DNA of 64,000 nucleotides from an uncultured archaeon (GCA_963799775.1 CAWCYD010000003.1:864001-928000), one strand, 5' to 3'; positions 10,528 to 18,194 are shown, counted from the stretch's first letter. Notes: generated by a model from the sequence alone, not told the origin. Numbers and translations: made by a program.

Positions 10528-10751
10528 TCCACGGCGTTCTCACCCTTCTTTCCACTCGAGCCGAGACCGACGATGTTTTCAAGACCAGGCCTCTTCCTGA
10601 AATCTGTCCTCACCTCGTCGTCCTTCAGGATCCAGACCACCTCGTCCCCGACGTCGACGCCGAACTTCCTTCTGAGCTCTGAGGGGACTGAGATCTGGAA
10701 CCCAGGCGAGATTCTGCTCCGCATGTTCTTCTCCTCAGTCATGGCGCTCAT
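10494..10751 (-). CDS. vapB: AbrB/MazE-fold antitoxin
   Basis: FQISVPSELRRKFGVDVGDEVVW; overlaps vapC. Confidence 0.88.
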   Translation of the reverse strand: MSAMTEEKNMRSRISPGFQISVPSELRRKFGVDVGDEVVWILKDDEVRTDFRKRPGLENIVGLGSSGKKGENAVEWKKKAQRGEL

Positions 10752-10823
10752 GACGGTTGATGCGTGCTATCTATTTAAGCGGCACTGTGAAGTCCGTCGG
10801 AATTGTGAACTGGACAAAGATTG

Positions 10824-12974
10824 TTAACGCCACTCGCGAGGGTATCGCCAGTCTGACCCGTGCGACCGGAAGCTCACCCTGAATATCTCGGGCGGGTAGC
10901 GCTTGTGCTGGGTCTTCTTTACGAGACCCACAATCCGCTCTACCCGCTCTCGCGGCACCCCGAGCTCTTTCGCGACCTGCTCCTCGCTCTCCCAGAGGTC
11001 GAACCTGTGGTAGAGTATCCTGTCGAGCAAGAAGTAGTCGATGCCGAGCTCCCCCTCCGCCGACTGGCCCTCCCACAGCCCGGGCGTGGGGGGCTTGAGG
11101 TAGACGGTCTTTGGGAGGCCAAGGTGGGCGGCGAGCTGCCTCACCTGCGTCTTGAAGAGGTCGCCCAGGGGCAGGACGTCCACCCCGCCGTCGCCGAACT
11201 TTGTATTGCCGCAAAAAGCGTAGTTGCCATTCCGCTCGACAAGCATGTTTTCGAATGGAGGAACCGAGGGGCACCAGACTTTGCCCTTGTAGGGTATCCT
11301 CCTCGCTTTTGAATTATCCAGCTTTCGGGTCCTCATAACGGCCCTAGCATAAGTTATCGCGTAACTAGTCGACGACCTGATTACCTTGCCACTCTTCAAT
11401 CTCGAAACCTTGGGTGGCTTCGTGCTGACCTTCGGTATTCTCCCGAGCTTGACGCACAATTCTACAAAGTCGTCCCGCAGGCGTAGTGAGCTAGTGTAGT
11501 AGACTTCCGGCCCCGCTTGGTTACCGTCGCTAGCTCTTAGTCCTCGGGCTAGAAACACGAGATACTCAGATGGATAGTCCAGTACCCATGGTGGAATGCG
11601 TTTTTGGATTGCGCCGAACCCACATTGCGAAAAGAGGTCGAATAGGCCTTTTGAGGGAATTCTGACCAAGTCTTTCGTCAAGGAATAGCCGATCCCATAC
11701 TTTTCAAGCACAGCAACCAATTGCGTTCTGGCTTCGTTCTTGGTATAGCTCGGGAGCGCAAAATCCGTCTCGTAAGTGTCATAGACCTTCATTGACGGTT
11801 TTGAGACGCCAGGAGAGAGTTGGACGAATTTCCCGCGCCGATCGCGAGCAAGAGCCTGGTACTCCGCCCTAGTAAGATTCGACTTGGCTGGGACCTTTGC
11901 TGTGCCTCTAATTGCAGAGCCATCACCAATGAAAAGTCCGAAAACGAAGAACAAGTCCTCGATCTCAATTGAAATCGTTCTCTCGATGTGCCTCTGGCTG
12001 AAGGTCACTGGGAATTTTGTGAGGAGACCTTTCTTCCCATCCCAACCCGCTGGCACCGGAAGGATCGTGTTCCTGCGGCGTAAGCATTCTTCTGCTGTTC
12101 GGAAAGCCGGTTTCAGATGCTTGGAACGGCCTGGCCACGAGGGGTGAACCAACATTCGATGGTTGGGTGTGACCAAGAGATCGGTGTTCACAGACTTGAA
12201 ATTAATCATGTCGCCATCGTAGTCAAATATGAAGATGTCACCAATGTTGGACTCAACGAGCTTGCCCGAGTTCATATCATACGAGAACACAACATCGTCT
12301 CTCTGCAATTCTTCCAGGCCTCTCGGACCTGATTTTGTCACTACTCGCGTCTTCTCATCATAACAGAAGTAGCCGATGGTGAGCTCCGACTTGTCCCCCG
12401 TGCCCACCACCAGGGCCTTGTGGCTCTGGGCGAACGCGTGGAGGAGGACCATCCTGACGCGGGCCTTTACGTTGCCCACGACCAGCCTGTCCTTCGCGGC
12501 TCCGCCTATCGCCCCCGTGAACGCCCTCACGAGAGGGTCTATCGGCATCTCCTGGAAGTTCCGCTTCGGGACGTTCAGGGCCTTGAGGACCGCGGCGACG
12601 TCCTCTTGGTCCTGCCGGGAGGTCGAATCGCTCGGGAGGTAGTAGAGGTGCACTCGCGATGGGCCGACCGCCTTGACGGCGATCGACGCCGCCACGGAGG
12701 AGTCGACGCCGCCGCTCAGCCCGAGGACGGCCGCCTTTCCCTGGGAGTATTGCTCGAGATACTTCCGCAGGCGCTTTACGAGGTATCCGACGACCTCGTC
12801 CCCGTCGACCTTGAGCTCCTCGGGTATCTTGTCATCGAAGTCCGATCCGGATTCGAGGGACCTCGCAACCAGACTTTCGGCTCTCTTCATGGGCAAACCT
12901 TGGAACGCGTTCCTGCGGGCTGCGTGGTCGGTCTCCCTCATAATGCTATGGTGGCGCTTATTTGCCAGTCCCAC
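10824..12974 (-). CDS. nadE: NAD+ synthetase containing an intein (true start possibly 12890)
   Basis: PP-loop GLSGGVDSS, GNVKARVRM, GTGDKSELTIGYF / TKFGDG split by the insert, KPPTPGLWEGQ, QHKR. Confidence 0.93.
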   Translation of the reverse strand: MGLANKRHHSIMRETDHAARRNAFQGLPMKRAESLVARSLESGSDFDDKIPEELKVDGDEVVGYLVKRLRKYLEQYSQGKAAVLGLSGGVDSSVAASIAVKAVGPSRVHLYYLPSDSTSRQDQEDVAAVLKALNVPKRNFQEMPIDPLVRAFTGAIGGAAKDRLVVGNVKARVRMVLLHAFAQSHKALVVGTGDKSELTIGYFCYDEKTRVVTKSGPRGLEELQRDDVVFSYDMNSGKLVESNIGDIFIFDYDGDMINFKSVNTDLLVTPNHRMLVHPSWPGRSKHLKPAFRTAEECLRRRNTILPVPAGWDGKKGLLTKFPVTFSQRHIERTISIEIEDLFFVFGLFIGDGSAIRGTAKVPAKSNLTRAEYQALARDRRGKFVQLSPGVSKPSMKVYDTYETDFALPSYTKNEARTQLVAVLEKYGIGYSLTKDLVRIPSKGLFDLFSQCGFGAIQKRIPPWVLDYPSEYLVFLARGLRASDGNQAGPEVYYTSSLRLRDDFVELCVKLGRIPKVSTKPPKVSRLKSGKVIRSSTSYAITYARAVMRTRKLDNSKARRIPYKGKVWCPSVPPFENMLVERNGNYAFCGNTKFGDGGVDVLPLGDLFKTQVRQLAAHLGLPKTVYLKPPTPGLWEGQSAEGELGIDYFLLDRILYHRFDLWESEEQVAKELGVPRERVERIVGLVKKTQHKRYPPEIFRVSFRSHGSDWRYPREWR
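11205..12365 (-). mobile_element. 387-aa intein with LAGLIDADG homing endonuclease in nadE
   Basis: Block A CYDEKTRV, block B VTPNHRM, blocks C/E GLFIGDGS and RGLRASDG, block F KVWCPSV, C-terminal FCGN followed by Thr(+1). Visibly more AT-rich than the exteins. Confidence 0.93.
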
Positions 12975-12994
12975 AATATCGGCTACTAGCCGTT

Positions 12995-13162
12995 ATGCCG
13001 AGACGAAAGGAAAGACCCCTAAGGCCTCAACAGCCGGAAGAGCCCGGTCACCCTGATGTGGTCGAGGCGGTAATCCTCAACGATGAGGTGAGGCGCATGG
13101 CGCCAAAGGGGTGGAGCAACCTCGAAGTAATCAAATACTGGCGAAGAAAGACGAGTACCTAG
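12995..13162 (+). CDS. Small orphan antitoxin-like protein (55 aa)
   Basis: C-terminal GWSNLEVIKYWRRK resembles archaeal VapB C-termini; no PIN partner follows. Confidence 0.35.
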   Translation: MPRRKERPLRPQQPEEPGHPDVVEAVILNDEVRRMAPKGWSNLEVIKYWRRKTST

Positions 13163-13168
13163 CGATCT

Positions 13169-13525
13169 TTGATGGCATGCAGGCCCGACGAAACATTGCT
13201 GCTCAGATATCTCGGCGCCAGCCCGACATTGAGAATCATAGACTTCTTCATGGACAATCCGCTGTCAGACTACTCGAAGAACGAAATCGCGAAGAATCTG
13301 GCCATGAGCCGCGTGACCTTCTTCAAGTACTGGAAGGAACTTGAGACTTCGGGCGCGGTAAAAGCCACAAGGCACATCGGACGAGCAACGATGTACAAGC
13401 TCGACAGGGCCAACGACGTCGTGAAGCAGCTGATCAAGCTGGACATGACCATTTCGAGAAAGACGATGCAGAAAGCGGTCGAAGAGTATCAGAAACCGAT
13501 CACTGTGAAATCAACGTCTCGCTAG
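13169..13525 (+). CDS. Winged-HTH protein, copy 1
   Basis: LGASPTLRIIDFF..DYSKNEIAKNLAMSRVTFFKYWKELE..GRATMYKL; near-identical to 15250-15615. Confidence 0.85.
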   Translation: MMACRPDETLLLRYLGASPTLRIIDFFMDNPLSDYSKNEIAKNLAMSRVTFFKYWKELETSGAVKATRHIGRATMYKLDRANDVVKQLIKLDMTISRKTMQKAVEEYQKPITVKSTSR

Positions 13526-13654
13526 GACCAATCAATGGGCCTCGACGCCCCCAAACCCCCCAAGTCTACTGACTCATTGCGAGCCTCTCAGTGATATAAT
13601 AAACTCAAAATGATCTGTGATGGGCCTGAAGGGATTTCGTTCGATCTTGGGAGC

Positions 13655-14541
13655 TCACAGGGACTCTAAAACTCTGTGAAACTTCTGCCTGTGGTCCTTG
13701 AACGAGCTGAGGCGCCTCGCCCTCTCGACCTCGGACATGTCGAGGCTCACCGTGAGGAGGTCCGGCTCGTATCTCTTGGCGCTGGCGACCACCTCGCCGC
13801 TGGGGGAGACGACCATCGACCCGCCCCAGAAGTACTCCTCCTCTTCCGCGCCCGCGCGGTTTACGAAGACCATGAAGACGCTGCTCATCAGGGCGTGGGC
13901 CGAGAGCAGGCTCCTCCACTGCCTCTCGATGAGGGGCTCGCCTTTGGCGTTGGGCCTGTGTATCCCCCTAGCGGGGGACGAGGCGATGCAGAAGACGACG
14001 TCGGCGCCTTTTCTCGCCAGGGCCTCTGTGGGCTCCGGGTGCCACGCGTCCTCGCAGATGATGACCCCGAACCTCACGCCGGCAGAGGTGAAGGTGCGGA
14101 CGTCGCGCTGGGGGTCGCCAGGGGTGAAGTATCGCTGCTCCTCGAAGAGCCCGTAGGTGGGGAGGTAGAACTTGGGGACCGAGCCGACCAGCTTCCCCTT
14201 GCTGAGGACCGCGGCTGCGTTCTGGACCAGGCCAGCCCTCTTCTCCTTGACGTATCCGACCACGCAAGTGCGGCGTCCTGCGGCCCTTGCGATGCCCTTC
14301 AGCGCGGCCTCGCACTTTCCCGGGCCTCGTAGGCCAGGTCTTTGAGCATGTAGCCCGTGAGGGAGAGCTCCGGGAAGGCCACGACGTCGGTCTTCTCGCC
14401 GCCGAGCTTGTCCAAGATGGCTGCGTGCTCCCTCTCGTTGCTCTGGACGTCGCCGATCCTGGAGGAGAGCTGGGCCAGGGACACTTTCAGGCTTGAACCT
14501 CTTGACCTTCCTGCGCCTCCTTCTCGTGCTTGAGGATTCAT
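13655..14541 (-). CDS. Carbon-nitrogen hydrolase; probable stand-alone glutaminase subunit for NadE (frameshift near 14325)
   Basis: Nitrilase triad E (FPELSLTGY), K (PKFYLPTYGLFEEQRYF), C (IICEDAWH); same strand and upstream of nadE. Confidence 0.85.
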
Positions 14542-14801
14542 CTGGCGGCACCTAGTCTCATGGGGCGTCTCGCGGCCATAAGTTTCCGCTCCCCTAACCG
14601 ACGCCAGCCTTCTGCAAGCTCTCTTCCGATCCGCGCCTCCTTTACATCAATCAACTGCCAAGCGCCATAGCAGGCCGAAAGCCTTCGAGTCTCGCGGGTG
14701 AGGCGAAGAACCACGTCTGTGAAGCTCTCGCCCTCCGCCCTCTCACACCGAAGCGCCTCGTAAGCCTCTCTCGTTATCGAGACGCTCTTGTTTGGCATCA
14801 T
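14538..14801 (-). CDS. vapB: Orphan VapB antitoxin (DUF217-like)
   Basis: KSVSITREAYEALR..EGESFTDVVLRL. Confidence 0.75.
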   Translation of the reverse strand: MMPNKSVSITREAYEALRCERAEGESFTDVVLRLTRETRRLSACYGAWQLIDVKEARIGRELAEGWRRLGERKLMAARRPMRLGAAR

Positions 14802-14906
14802 GCGCGCATGGTTGCCTATGCATAGATGAAGTTTTCACGATAATTTCTGGCTGGCCCGGGGGCCACGATGTTGGTTTCTTCGCGATCCGCTGTGTCCTGT
14901 TCGAAG

Positions 14907-15188
14907 TCACACATCAGGAAAGAATCTCCGCATGGATGCCATTATCGCCTCGCTCTGCCGTGGATTGAGCGAGACCTGCAGGCCGTAGGAAGTAGGCTTT
15001 GGAATCATCGCACCCTGGCGGATCAGCTCTCTCGTCATCTGGTCGACCCGCTTCAGCCCATGCTTTCCGAGCTCGGACTGATTCCAGCCCTTGATGAGGT
15101 TGTCGAGGGCGGTGTGGCTCGCACCCCAGTTTCCTCTCTTGTGAAGCTTGAACATCAACGTCGCCTTGATCTCATCGTCGGAGAACAT
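14907..15188 (-). CDS. Small basic hypothetical protein, divergent from the wHTH gene
   Basis: 93-aa ORF with WGASHT and KPTSYGLQVSLNP motifs; shares a 61-bp AT-rich promoter region with the wHTH gene. Confidence 0.75.
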   Translation of the reverse strand: MFSDDEIKATLMFKLHKRGNWGASHTALDNLIKGWNQSELGKHGLKRVDQMTRELIRQGAMIPKPTSYGLQVSLNPRQSEAIMASMRRFFPDV

Positions 15189-15249
15189 GAGTTCACTTAT
15201 GATACTTTGAACGATTAATCTTATATACTTTCAAACCTAACAAAATATC

Positions 15250-15615
15250 TTGATGGGATACAAGCCCGACGAAACACTCCTGCTTCGATATCTCGGCGCC
15301 AGCCCGACGCTGAGAATCATAGACTTCTTCTTGGACAATCCGCTGTCAGACTACTCGAAGAACGAAATCGCGAAGAACCTTGCCATGAGCCGCGTGACCT
15401 TCTTCAAGTACTGGAAGGAACTTGAGACTTCGGGCGCGGTAAAAGCCACAAGGCACATCGGACGAGCAACGATGTACAAGCTCGACAGGGCCAACGACGT
15501 CGTGAAGCAGCTAATCAAGCTGGACATGACCATTTCGAGAAAGACGATGGAACGAGCGGTCGAAGAGTATCAGAGACCGATCACAGTGAAGTCAAGGCCT
15601 TCTAGGGCCGGCTAG
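15250..15615 (+). CDS. Winged-HTH protein, copy 2
   Basis: Near-identical to 13169-13525; its stop codon lies inside repeat copy A. Confidence 0.85.
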   Translation: MMGYKPDETLLLRYLGASPTLRIIDFFLDNPLSDYSKNEIAKNLAMSRVTFFKYWKELETSGAVKATRHIGRATMYKLDRANDVVKQLIKLDMTISRKTMERAVEEYQRPITVKSRPSRAG

Positions 15616-15644
15616 TCGTGCTCCAAGGCGCCCCAGATCTGGGA
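15592..15644. repeat. Copy A of the 3' arm of the 17252-17456 RNA
   Basis: TCAAGGCCTTCTAGGGCCGGCTAGTCGTGCTCCAAGGCGCCCCAGATCTGGGA aligns by eye with 17247-17299. Confidence 0.85.
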
Positions 15645-15763
15645 CTAGGCTGAGACCCCCCGTGTCTTACTATGGGCGTGGTGACTCCGAGGCCAAACAC
15701 CATCTTATGAGAAATATGGCATTAGATTTATATTCTGGTGATGCATCGTTTGAGGGAAGCGAG

Positions 15764-16015
15764 ATGAGCAACGTGGAGGTAAAGGAGATTGACGAGCAGG
15801 GGCGCCTAATAATCCCGAAGAAATGGAGGAGCATGGTCCTCAAGGGGGACAAGGTGGTCCTGAGACTAAAAGAGAACTCGATTGAGATCGAGCCCTGGAA
15901 GAAGCCCGACCTCACCCGCTTCTTCGACAGCGTGGAAGCCGACGTGAAGAGCGACCTGTCGGACTGGCGCGCCGTGAGGAGGGAGCTCAGGAGGCGTCCC
16001 GATGAGGTTCGCTGA
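15764..16015 (+). CDS. vapB: AbrB/MazE-fold antitoxin
   Basis: IDEQGRLIIPKKWR; overlaps vapC; TTTATA box near 15727. Confidence 0.88.
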   Translation: MSNVEVKEIDEQGRLIIPKKWRSMVLKGDKVVLRLKENSIEIEPWKKPDLTRFFDSVEADVKSDLSDWRAVRRELRRRPDEVR

Positions 16016-16421
16016 CAGCAACGTCTTCGTCCATGCGTTTCTAAAGCCGAGGCGAGACCTCTCAGAGTCGGAGAAAAAGCTGAAGGAGGACGCGAAGAAG
16101 ATAGTCTCCCGGGTCAACTCAGGCGAGAAGGTCATGACCTCGGTGGTGCACATCGCCGAGATAGCCAACATCCTCGAGGACAACCTCGAGGCGGGGGCCT
16201 CACAAGAGATACTCAGGTCCCTCTTGATGAACGAGCATCTGGAGATAGACAGCGTCTCTAGAGAGGACTGTCTGTCGGCGATGGGCGAGATGGAGGAGCA
16301 CTCGCTCGGGCTCAACGACTCGATAGCGCACGCCGTTATGAGGAGAAACGGCCTCGTCGAGATCTACTCGTTCGACAAGGACTTTGACAGGCTCGACGAC
16401 GTCACAAGGGTCAGCCGGTGA
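16002..16421 (+). CDS. vapC: VapC PIN-domain toxin
   Basis: MRFADSNVFV, HIAEI, LGLNDSIA, IYSFDKDFD. Confidence 0.9.
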   Translation: MRFADSNVFVHAFLKPRRDLSESEKKLKEDAKKIVSRVNSGEKVMTSVVHIAEIANILEDNLEAGASQEILRSLLMNEHLEIDSVSREDCLSAMGEMEEHSLGLNDSIAHAVMRRNGLVEIYSFDKDFDRLDDVTRVSR

Positions 16422-16485
16422 AGTTTGAGCTCGAGATAGATGTCAAAAGGGATCAATGGAACCCCCTCGCTGATGAAGCTGAAAT

Positions 16486-16584
16486 GGAACTTTCTCTGTC
16501 CTTCTCTCAAGGGCCTTCTAAGGCCGGCTAGTTGTGCTCGAAAGGAGCCCAACGTCTGGATTCGGAAAAAGACCTGTGAGTCGT
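16486..16584. repeat. Copy B of the 3' arm of the 17252-17456 RNA
   Basis: GGCCTTCTAAGGCCGGCTAGTTGTGCTCG...TGGATTCGGAAAAAGACCTGTGAGT aligns with 17226-17323. Confidence 0.9.
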
Positions 16585-16698
16585 CAACAAGTTTCAGCCA
16601 ACTGAAAAGCGGCGGGCTGGACCGACTGTGACTTTGCAGGCAGGGACGGTGGAGGAAGTTAAATTGGAATTCGAAGACATGGATAGTCGCATAGCGAA

Positions 16699-17091
16699 AT
16701 GGAATACCCAACTCACGATGCTGTCATCAGATTGCACGAGAAAATAATCAAACAATCGGGCGGCCATCAAGGCTTCGTGAGCGTTTCGAATCTGGATTAC
16801 CTACTTGAGACGGCCAGAGACATTGGAGAAGCGTCCCAGGAGGAAAAGGCCGTCGTTCAGAAAGTCGGGTATATTCTCTTCAATTTGGTGAACCTTCATC
16901 CGTTCTTGGACGGCAACAAGAGGACGGCATACGAGGTAGCGAAAGCCTTCCTCAACTTGAACGGCTGGGATATCAAACCCTCAGAAGACGATGCCTATTC
17001 TACGCTAAAATCGATCGCTTCGGGCGAACTGGATGCCCAAGCCACCGAACGCTGGGTAGGAAGGAATTTAAGGAGAAGGCGGAAAGAGTAG
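16699..17091 (+). CDS. doc: Doc-type Fic-family toxin
   Basis: HPFLDGNKRTA (Doc-type Lys variant of the Fic motif). Confidence 0.92.
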   Translation: MEYPTHDAVIRLHEKIIKQSGGHQGFVSVSNLDYLLETARDIGEASQEEKAVVQKVGYILFNLVNLHPFLDGNKRTAYEVAKAFLNLNGWDIKPSEDDAYSTLKSIASGELDAQATERWVGRNLRRRRKE

Positions 17092-17099
17092 AAAGTAAC

Positions 17100-17216
17100 A
17101 TGGCGAAGCAAGTTCAGGCCAGGAATCAGAAAGAGATAGACAGGGATTTCCTAGCCTTGGCTGACGAGAATCTCAAGAAAGACGCGAAGCTTCTCAAGAA
17201 GCTTGCCGAAGTCTAA
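17100..17216 (+). CDS. 38-aa putative Doc antitoxin peptide (below the ORF track cutoff)
   Basis: MAKQVQARNQKEIDRDFLALADENLKKDAKLLKKLAEV, 8 nt after doc; amphipathic LLKKLA end like Phd-type neutralising helices. Confidence 0.65.
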   Translation: MAKQVQARNQKEIDRDFLALADENLKKDAKLLKKLAEV

Positions 17217-17251
17217 GTCACGTTAGAACATCTCTGCCCGCTGCTTTCAAT

Positions 17252-17456
17252 GGCCTTTTAGGGCCGGCTAGTTGTGCTCGGAGGCGCCCAAGATTTGGAT
17301 TCGGAAAAAGATCTGTGAGTTGTGAGCTCTGATTGTCTTGCGAACGTGAGCTGTGAGCTTTGAGCTGTGATTCCGGATTTCTCAGTTCCCAGCTGAATCG
17401 CATTCCTCTTCCACCCCTCGGCTTCCTCTTCCACTCTATTCCGGCTATCCTAGGCC
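17252..17456 (-). ncRNA. Predicted rod-like RNA closed by a bulge-helix-bulge; putative 190-nt circular RNA (17257-17446)
   Basis: 5' arm GGCC-UAGG-AUA-GCCGG (17456-17441) pairs with 3' arm CCGGC-CCUA-AAA-GGCC (17267-17252). Pairing continues inward through several short helices; the loop holds 7-nt repeats. Folded by hand. Confidence 0.7.
17312..17370 (-). repeat. Heptamer array TCACAGC-like (7 units plus 1 degenerate)
   Basis: TCACAGC TCAAAGC TCACAGC TCACGTT CGCAAGA caa TCAGAGC TCACAAC TCACAGA on the minus strand. Confidence 0.85.
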
Positions 17457-17930
17457 GTGATCTCTATCTTGTGGTTCGCCTCTTGAATCGCCGAGTCCAG
17501 AAGGTTCACTCCGCTTCCTATAGAGCAACTGCATCTCGAGAAGCTCGGGTTTTGATTTCTGTGCTCTTTGCGGGCACTCGTCCTTGGACCTCCGTTCCTG
17601 AGCAAACAGACCACCCCTTCTGTTCACCTCGACCATAGAGGAGAGCGACGTAAGTTTGGAACGGATTGCGCTGAGTTCCAATATGGCACGCGCAAGCGTC
17701 ATTTCCTTCTCACCTGCCTTCACCCTGTTCTCCAGGTTCGCGAGCTGGATCGCTATCTTGAGGTCGGCTATTCGCTCCATGGTCTTGTCGATCTGCTCGG
17801 AGAGCTGGTCGAACTTGAAGTCCGGCTCTGTGTCTGAATCGTATGCCAGGCTCGACTCCCGGAACTTTGAGAGTTCGTCCGTGGTGGTCTTGAGCGTCTT
17901 TACCTCCGCGAGAGCTTCGTAGATTTTCAT
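17450..17930 (-). CDS. DIP1984/septicolysin (DUF6847)-like coiled-coil protein, frameshift near 17510
   Basis: MKIYEAL, EPDF, LKIAIQLAN, MTLARAILEL, ERRSKDE; the shifted frame gives the family-like end NLLDSAIQEANHKIEITA* (TAG 17452-17450). Confidence 0.75.
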
Positions 17931-17939
17931 TGGCTTCAA

Positions 17940-18032
17940 CCCCTTGCAGACGGGGCTTTATATTCCTTACAAGTAAAGAATCCTTGGGCTTGGCTTAAGA
18001 ATCCTTTACTTTCTGGGAAAGTAGGAATCCTT
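17940..18032. promoter_or_regulatory. Divergent promoter with candidate operator repeats
   Basis: TATA-like 17956-17963; GAATCCTT x3 (17978, 17999, 18025); inverted repeats 17963-17980 and 18007-18023. Confidence 0.6.
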
Positions 18033-18194
18033 TTGGCCGTCGAAATCTTGGGTACGAGCCGTCTCAGTGCGAAATTCCAGATCACAGTCTCCAAAGATGT
18101 GAGAGAGAGATTCAATCTCTCCTCCGATGACCTGATCGTCTTCTGGGACGACAATGGCAGACTGGTGCTTCGCAAGAGCACAGACAAACAGTGA
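18033..18194 (+). CDS. 53-aa stand-alone AbrB/SpoVT DNA-binding protein (below the ORF track cutoff)
   Basis: TTG start; ILGTSRLSAKFQITVSKDVRERFNLSSDDLIVFWDDNGRLVLRK. Confidence 0.8.
   Translation: MAVEILGTSRLSAKFQITVSKDVRERFNLSSDDLIVFWDDNGRLVLRKSTDKQ

Noticed and set aside
15592-17323. The three repeats as a CRISPR array
   Set aside because: Spacing is 0.7-0.9 kb with whole genes between, the copies are degenerate and of unequal length, and there are no cas genes in the window.
17218-17403. 61-aa minus ORF and a plus-strand reading of the hairpin
   Set aside because: The ORF runs through a 7-nt periodic repeat and has no recognisable motif. On the plus strand the bulges fall 5' of the central helix and are U-rich, which is not a canonical BHB.
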